The translations under genes and the position numbers were made by a program. A stretch of DNA of 64,000 nucleotides from Pseudomonadota bacterium (GTDB lineage: Bacteria; Bdellovibrionota_B; Oligoflexia; Oligoflexales; CAIYRB01). The notes under the pieces were generated by a model. It made no database searches. It worked only from the letters and a program-made list of their open reading frames with translations, and had not been told where the DNA came from. Shown here in pieces: positions 58,832 to 64,000 of the stretch (positions within the stretch are counted from its first letter, which is position 1; every line of letters begins with the position of its first letter). The DNA is taken from assembly GCA_031416315.1 (NCBI GenBank), contig JANOTL010000040.1, positions 16,821 to 80,820 on the forward strand, in the 5' to 3' direction.

Positions 58832-59998
58832 CTAGGGTATCCGCGGCAACGAGACGTAGAAGGTGCTCCCCGCGCCAGGCTCGCCTTCGAGCCAGATCGC
58901 GCCGTTGTGGGCGTCGACGATCCATTTCGAGATGTAGAGCCCGAGGCCGACGCCTTTGCGGTTCTTCTCGCCGAGCTTGGAGAAGCGCTCGAACAGGCGC
59001 TTGCGCTCGGCCTTGGCGATACCCGGTCCGGTGTCGGCGACAGAGATGCGCACGTCGGTGTCGGTCTCTGCCAAGCGGACGACGATCTTTCCCGCTTTCG
59101 GGGTGAATTTGAGCGCGTTGCTGATGAGGTTCGCCAACACTTGGCGCACGCGCTCCTGATCGGCGCGGGCGATGACGACGTGCGAAGGGATCTCCGCCGA
59201 CAGCGTGAGCTCCTGGCGCTCCGCGAGGATCTGGAAATCCGCCAGCATCTCTTGAACTAGCCGACCGATGTTGCAGGAGCTCAAGGAGAGCTTGAGGCTG
59301 CCCCTTGCGATGACCTCGACGTCGAGCAGATCGGTGACGAGGCGGAACATGCCCGAGGCGTGGCGGCGAATCGTCTCGATCCACTGGACTTCAAGCTCCG
59401 TGAGGCGCTGCTCACCTCGAAGGCCTAAGAACTCGGTGCTGCACAATGTGATGATCGAGAGAGCATCCTGGAGGTCGTGACTGACGATCGCCAAAGCCTC
59501 GTCGCGAGCTTTGACGGCCAGCTTGGTGTCGGCGTGAGCGGCACGTTCCTCCGCCAGCAAGGAGACTTTGCGACCATAGGCGCCGTCGACCTTGTGGCGC
59601 TCGTGACGCAAGCTCGCGTCGGTCTGGCGACGCTCCCCGGTGAGGCGCTCGCCTTCGCCGTCCTTCCGGTCCTGGCGCTCCCGCCGGATGGTCTCGTCGG
59701 CCTCTCCCCGCTGATGGCCGATCCGTAAGTCGATGCGACGACGCTCCTCGAGGACTTGCTCGCTCACCGCGATGCCGTCGAGAGCGAGGTCCGACGCGAC
59801 GCGATCGCTGTCGATGGCGTCGTCCAGCTTGACGCGCGACGCTTCGAGCGCAGCGTCAGCGACCTGCTCGATCGACCGCGTGCCCCTCGAAAGGGCGACG
59901 TCCGTCTTCAGCCGCTCCTGTCCGAGGCTCGTGTCGGTTGACGTTCGCTCGATTTCGACGATGCTCTTCTTATCCATCTTGTCCATGGGAGTGGTCAC
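58832..59998 (-). CDS. Cytoplasmic histidine kinase with repetitive coiled-coil N-terminus
   Basis: VSHDLQDAL, NALKFT, DTGPG, GLGL; ER..TD..L repeats; no TM. Confidence 0.9.
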   Translation of the reverse strand: MTTPMDKMDKKSIVEIERTSTDTSLGQERLKTDVALSRGTRSIEQVADAALEASRVKLDDAIDSDRVASDLALDGIAVSEQVLEERRRIDLRIGHQRGEADETIRRERQDRKDGEGERLTGERRQTDASLRHERHKVDGAYGRKVSLLAEERAAHADTKLAVKARDEALAIVSHDLQDALSIITLCSTEFLGLRGEQRLTELEVQWIETIRRHASGMFRLVTDLLDVEVIARGSLKLSLSSCNIGRLVQEMLADFQILAERQELTLSAEIPSHVVIARADQERVRQVLANLISNALKFTPKAGKIVVRLAETDTDVRISVADTGPGIAKAERKRLFERFSKLGEKNRKGVGLGLYISKWIVDAHNGAIWLEGEPGAGSTFYVSLPRIP

Positions 59999-60379
59999 TC
60001 TATCGGAGGGGGTGCGTGCGCCATTATATGCCAGGATCGCGTGGCTTCGCTATGTCTCGAATTTCCAGCAGAAATTTCGGATGCTGCGCCTCCGCATGCT
60101 TCGCTTGGTGACTTTGCTCCGCACTAAACCGGTACGCAGGCTTTGGATACGTCTGCATCTTTCGTGTTCCTTGAACGCGCGCTCGATGCTCGGTCCGTTC
60201 AACAAATATTCCTTGCAGACGACGGATATTTTTGGGAGCTCCCGTTACGCTCAACCGTCATCGCCACGGGTCTAAAGATCTTCCTCGCCGCTGCACGGGA
60301 CGCCAGGTCGCACGCACGCGGAGTCTCCGTGCGTCATCGACCTCGGCAACATCGGCGTCTCTGATGAAGTCAGCGTAAT

Positions 60380-60395
60380 TGGCACCGATTCTGCA
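60380..60395 (+). promoter_or_regulatory. Sigma-54-type -24/-12 promoter
   Basis: TGGCACCGATTCTGCA (GG-N10-GC). Confidence 0.6.
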
Positions 60396-60446
60396 GACAT
60401 TTCCGCGCGGCGCTCGACGCCATGATTGCAAATGAGGAGGCGAACT

Positions 60447-60575
60447 ATGTTTGGATTTGGACGCCAACGGCGGCGTGGATTCGGCGGTCTCATGAACCGT
60501 CGTCATGTGAGCCTGGCGCACTTGCAGCGCCGTCCCCGTAGCGCTACGGTGCACGCAGGAGGACTCACCCCATGA
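60447..60575 (+). CDS. 42-aa Arg/Gly-rich small protein (MFGFGRQRRRGFGGLMNRR...)
   Basis: GAGGAGG RBS; stop overlaps the ATG of the next gene. Confidence 0.5.
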   Translation: MFGFGRQRRRGFGGLMNRRHVSLAHLQRRPRSATVHAGGLTP

Positions 60576-60943
60576 AAACACTCATCATCCTTGCGGCCGC
60601 CCTCGCGGCGAGCTCGCTCGTCGCCTTCGCGGACGGCGAGCCGATCGCTAGCTGCGTCGAGGTCGAACCTGATCCAGGACGCGGCACGCTTCATGTCCGC
60701 ATCGAAAAAGAGGCAGGTCGCCTTGAAGCGTCGGTCGTCCTCGAGGCCGAGAACGGCGAGGAACGCCTCATGCAGCGTGACGGAGTCGAGCGCCGTACAG
60801 CCCCAGGCCGTGAGCTCGACGTCCTTTATGTAGGCAACGAGCTGACTCTTGCGACGAGCTCGACCACGGACGACGGTCGTCTCACATGGCTGCGCGACGG
60901 GCGCGAGACGACGACGCTGTTCGACTGCGCCGAGCCCGAGTAA
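60572..60943 (+). CDS. Secreted hypothetical protein
   Basis: AGGAGG RBS, signal peptide ending AFA, terminal Cys pair. Confidence 0.8.
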   Translation: MKTLIILAAALAASSLVAFADGEPIASCVEVEPDPGRGTLHVRIEKEAGRLEASVVLEAENGEERLMQRDGVERRTAPGRELDVLYVGNELTLATSSTTDDGRLTWLRDGRETTTLFDCAEPE

Positions 60944-60955
60944 ACTCCCTGCGAT

Positions 60956-61810
60956 TTAGAGAAACGCGGCCCGATGATCGCGGGCCCAGTCGGCGAAGCG
61001 CCGGCCCGGCCTGCCCAGGAGGGTTTCGACCGCCGGGGACACGCGGTCCCGCTCGCCGGCGCGGATGTTGACGCCAAGCTCGAGCACGGCGTCGGCGAGA
61101 ATCGGCGCCATACCGGCCTTGAGCATGTTGTCGCGGGCCACGTTTTCAGGCAACGGGACGTAGGTCAGCGGCTTGCCGATCACGTCGCTGAGTAGAGCGA
61201 CTTGCTCTGCCATGGTTAGGGACTCCGGGCCCGTCAGACCGTAAGCACGGCCTTCGTGGCCCTCTGAGATCAAAGCGTGCACGACGACCGCGGCGATGTC
61301 GCGCGGGTCGATCGGGGAGGAGCGGCCGCCAGCGGTGAATCCGAACACCTTGCCCATGCCTTTGACGCTGGGCGCCCAACCGAGAGCATTCGACATGAAT
61401 CCGCCTGGGCGGATGAAGGTCCACGGGATTCCCGAGGCGGCGATTTTCGTCTCGCCGTCCGAGTGCCACCGACCGATGAGCTGCTCAGGATGGTCTTCGA
61501 CGGTCTCCGCCGAGAGCTTCACCAAGTGCGCGACTCCAGCAGCCGTCGCAGCCCGCGCCAGCGCGTCGTCGTGCGTCGCAAGCGCGGGACCCGCGGAAAG
61601 GGCGAACACTTTCCGCACGCCGGCGGTTGCCGCCGCCAGAGTCTCCGGCTTCTCGAAATCGCCCGCGACCACCTCGACGCCCGAAGGGAAAGCGCCCGGC
61701 GCGAGCCTCCTCGGATCGCGCGTCATCGCGCGCACGCGCACCTTGCGCTCTGCGAGCTGCCTCACGACCTCCATGCCGACGGTACCGGTCGCTCCGGTCA
61801 CGAGAATCAT
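60956..61810 (-). CDS. NmrA-like NAD(P)-binding oxidoreductase
   Basis: MILVTGATGTVG, IRPGGFMSN, IDPRDIA, LTGPE. Confidence 0.9.
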   Translation of the reverse strand: MILVTGATGTVGMEVVRQLAERKVRVRAMTRDPRRLAPGAFPSGVEVVAGDFEKPETLAAATAGVRKVFALSAGPALATHDDALARAATAAGVAHLVKLSAETVEDHPEQLIGRWHSDGETKIAASGIPWTFIRPGGFMSNALGWAPSVKGMGKVFGFTAGGRSSPIDPRDIAAVVVHALISEGHEGRAYGLTGPESLTMAEQVALLSDVIGKPLTYVPLPENVARDNMLKAGMAPILADAVLELGVNIRAGERDRVSPAVETLLGRPGRRFADWARDHRAAFL

Positions 61811-61821
61811 CGCCGCGACCT

Positions 61822-62268
61822 CTAGGCTTTCTTCCGCGATTCGTTCAGCACTGCGGCGGCGCGCACCAGCGCCTTCAACGCTTTCCCGTCGATCTTCTCG
61901 CCCTCGCGGATGTCGATAGCGCGCCGGGTGTTGCCTTCGAGGCTCGCGTTGAAGAGCTCGGATGGATCGTCCAACGCTGCACCCTTCGCAAAGGTCATCT
62001 TCACGACCTCTTTGTACGTTTCGCCGGTGCAGATGATGCCAGCGCGCGACCACACCGGAACTCCTCGCCACTTCCATTCTTCGAGCACGTCGGGAATGGC
62101 CTGCGAGATGAGCGAGCGGATCTTGGCGAGCGTGTCGCCGCGCCAATCGCCGAGCTCTTTGATGCGGGCGTCGATGAGCTTGGAGGGAGAGGCGCCGATC
62201 TTCGCCGCGACCTTGGTCTTCTTCGCCTCCACGGGCGACTTTTTCGTGCGCTTCGCGGCTTTCTTCAT
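61822..62268 (-). CDS. DUF1801 (YdhG-like) protein with Lys-rich N-terminus
   Basis: DWRG, EEWKW, GIICTGETYK, LFNASLEGNTRRAID. Confidence 0.88.
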   Translation of the reverse strand: MKKAAKRTKKSPVEAKKTKVAAKIGASPSKLIDARIKELGDWRGDTLAKIRSLISQAIPDVLEEWKWRGVPVWSRAGIICTGETYKEVVKMTFAKGAALDDPSELFNASLEGNTRRAIDIREGEKIDGKALKALVRAAAVLNESRKKA

Positions 62269-62512
62269 GGGCGTCGCATTCCTAGTCGAAATCGGGGCGA
62301 AGTCCGGCTCATCCGCGGGTGCTTCGAAAATAGCCCGACGTGTGTTTGAGCTCAAGAAGCATCTGGCCCGGCCTCGCAGAGATCGAGCAGGCGGCGCAGG
62401 TTTCACGATCATGTGCCGCTCGTGCAAAGCCCGACGGCGAAGGATATGATGATGCGCAAGGTCAACTCCGGCTATCGACCGACTTCCAGAGCATCACCGC
62501 GAGGGTCGCCCC

Positions 62513-62683
62513 ATGTGCGTTATCTGCCTTCAGTTTCAGAAAGACAAAGACCTGTCCGACGCGCGTCAGATGCTCGCGGCCGCCCGCCGTGAGACGACCG
62601 CCATCCCAGCCGAGCATCTGGACGCGGTCGAAAGCGAGCTGGCCAAGTGGGAAAAGGCGATCGCCGAGGCGAGGACTCCATGA
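62513..62683 (+). CDS. 56-aa small protein with N-terminal CxxC
   Basis: MCVICLQFQKDKDLSDARQMLAAARRE...; GAGG RBS; below the ORF-track size cutoff. Confidence 0.7.
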   Translation: MCVICLQFQKDKDLSDARQMLAAARRETTAIPAEHLDAVESELAKWEKAIAEARTP

Positions 62684-62835
62684 TCGCAGCCCATAAGCGC
62701 TCCGCATCGCTAACGTCGACTTAATACTCTGATAACTTTCAGATTTTTCCAGAACATGGCGGCTCGGCGCGGGGACCGTCGCGTACCTTGGCCGTCTCGG
62801 CCTAAGGCGTCGATGTCGCGTGCCGAAGACTAAGC

Positions 62836-64000
62836 ATGCAAAAACGACTCGTCCTAGCACCAGCCCTCTTGTTCGTGCTCTTTCGCTGCGCCGACGGTAG
62901 CGGCCTTTCGGGCTCGACGCCGAAGGGCAGCCAGGGCAGCAAAAAGACGGTCGAGAGTCCGGCGCCGGCGTCTGATCCGAGCCCGAATGCCGGCTCGGGC
63001 ACCGCCGCTCCGGAGGAGCAGATCACCAACGCTGGGACCGCCCAGTCCGTCAGCGGAGCGTTCCTGGCGTGCGGCGATGCCGACGATCAGTTCGGTTGCG
63101 CCGTCACCGAGGGCGAGGGCGGCCCGAAAATCGACGATTCGACGTTCACGAAGGTCGTCGCGAAGATGGAGGGCGCCGACGACGCGGAGATCGAGCCGAT
63201 TCCCGCGCCTTCCGGCTCCCCCTGGCAAATCGTTTTCTCCCTTCCCTACGGTGCGACTCCAGCAGCGACGTCGCTGATCGTCTCGTTCACGGCGGAGGGC
63301 AAGAACGAAGAGGTCGCCCCGTCCGCTGGCCTCCAGACGACAAAAACCGCAATGCCCGTCGTCGCTGGATGCAAGGAGGCGAAAGCGAGCGGGATGAGCA
63401 CATCCGGCCTCGTCTGGGCCAAAGATGCGGCGAGTGGCAAGCTCACGACGCACTTTTGCGAGCAGACGTTGGAGGACGGAGGCTGGACGCTCTCGATGAA
63501 CTCGGTCGATGCTCCCAAAGCTGCAGCAGGGTTCTGGGCGGTCCCCTACGAGAAGCGAACCGAGCGCAGCGGCAAGCCGAGCGCTACGGCTCATTACTAC
63601 GACGGCGGGCAGTTCCTCCTTCTGCAAAGGGGCGGCACGATCTTGGACGTCATCGTCGATGGCGCTGGCAAGAGGGTGATCGCATCTCTCGTCCCCGTCG
63701 GTGGATTTGATCCGAAAACGATGAAGTTCACCGGCGTCGGCCAGAGTATCAAAGGCCTGGAAGCGATTCGCCTCGCACATGTCGCGGGCGGTTGGAGCGC
63801 CCCGGAACGCGACATCGACGAGCAAAAGGAAATCAATTGCGCAAAGTTCTACCAGCTCACGCAGCACTTCACGTCATGCTGGGTCTACGCTTTCGAAGCC
63901 GAGGGCAAAGACCTCACAGTCGACGGTGACGGCGTACGCGCTCCAAGAATCGCTAGAGACAACGCTGTTGAGCTGGAGCTCGCCGTGTCGAAGGAAAAAT
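62836..64000 (+). CDS. Probable lipoprotein with fibrinogen-related module, runs off the window end
   Basis: MQKRLVLAPALLFVLFRC; CKEAK...FCEQTLEDGGWTL; no stop noticed before the window end. Confidence 0.72.
   Translation, partial: MQKRLVLAPALLFVLFRCADGSGLSGSTPKGSQGSKKTVESPAPASDPSPNAGSGTAAPEEQITNAGTAQSVSGAFLACGDADDQFGCAVTEGEGGPKIDDSTFTKVVAKMEGADDAEIEPIPAPSGSPWQIVFSLPYGATPAATSLIVSFTAEGKNEEVAPSAGLQTTKTAMPVVAGCKEAKASGMSTSGLVWAKDAASGKLTTHFCEQTLEDGGWTLSMNSVDAPKAAAGFWAVPYEKRTERSGKPSATAHYYDGGQFLLLQRGGTILDVIVDGAGKRVIASLVPVGGFDPKTMKFTGVGQSIKGLEAIRLAHVAGGWSAPERDIDEQKEINCAKFYQLTQHFTSCWVYAFEAEGKDLTVDGDGVRAPRIARDNAVELELAVSKEK

Noticed and set aside
60143..60425. Possible degraded gene upstream of the histidine kinase
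   Set aside because: No recognisable motif or RBS; part of the region is better explained by the sigma-54 promoter
1..64000. Prophage, IS, integron or anti-phage defence genes
   Set aside because: No integrase, transposase, phage structural, nuclease or defence NTPase motifs recognised

Overview
A GC-rich bacterial chromosomal segment with about 55 protein-coding genes and no recognisable rRNA, tRNA, CRISPR array, integrase or transposase. Gene content suggests a Bdellovibrionota/Oligoflexia-like or myxobacteria-like organism (inference): TIGR02147/DUF4423-type regulators, a transglutaminase-elicitor family lipoprotein and many small Cys-containing secreted proteins. Housekeeping and metabolic genes include gloB, iorAB, gor, two DTW proteins, a GcvT-family dehydrogenase, a class V aminotransferase, a xylFGH-like ABC transporter, GH35, GH97 and a phosphorelay cluster. 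Best candidate for a new system: an operon at 49423-54811 encoding an HlyD-like adaptor, a TolC-like channel fused to a lectin-like domain and a hyaluronan-synthase/NodC-like GT2, which may be a synthase-driven tripartite polysaccharide exporter. Other leads: a secreted GGQ(G)D-repeat protein divergent from a transglutaminase-family lipoprotein (possible enzyme/substrate pair), a Cys-cluster enzyme with an RRE-like tail preceded by a 23-aa ORF, and an OpgG-like lipoprotein with no opgH in the window. There are also several truncated or headless gene remnants, two sigma-54-type promoters and unannotated small ORFs. All family calls come from motif recognition by eye, not database searches.
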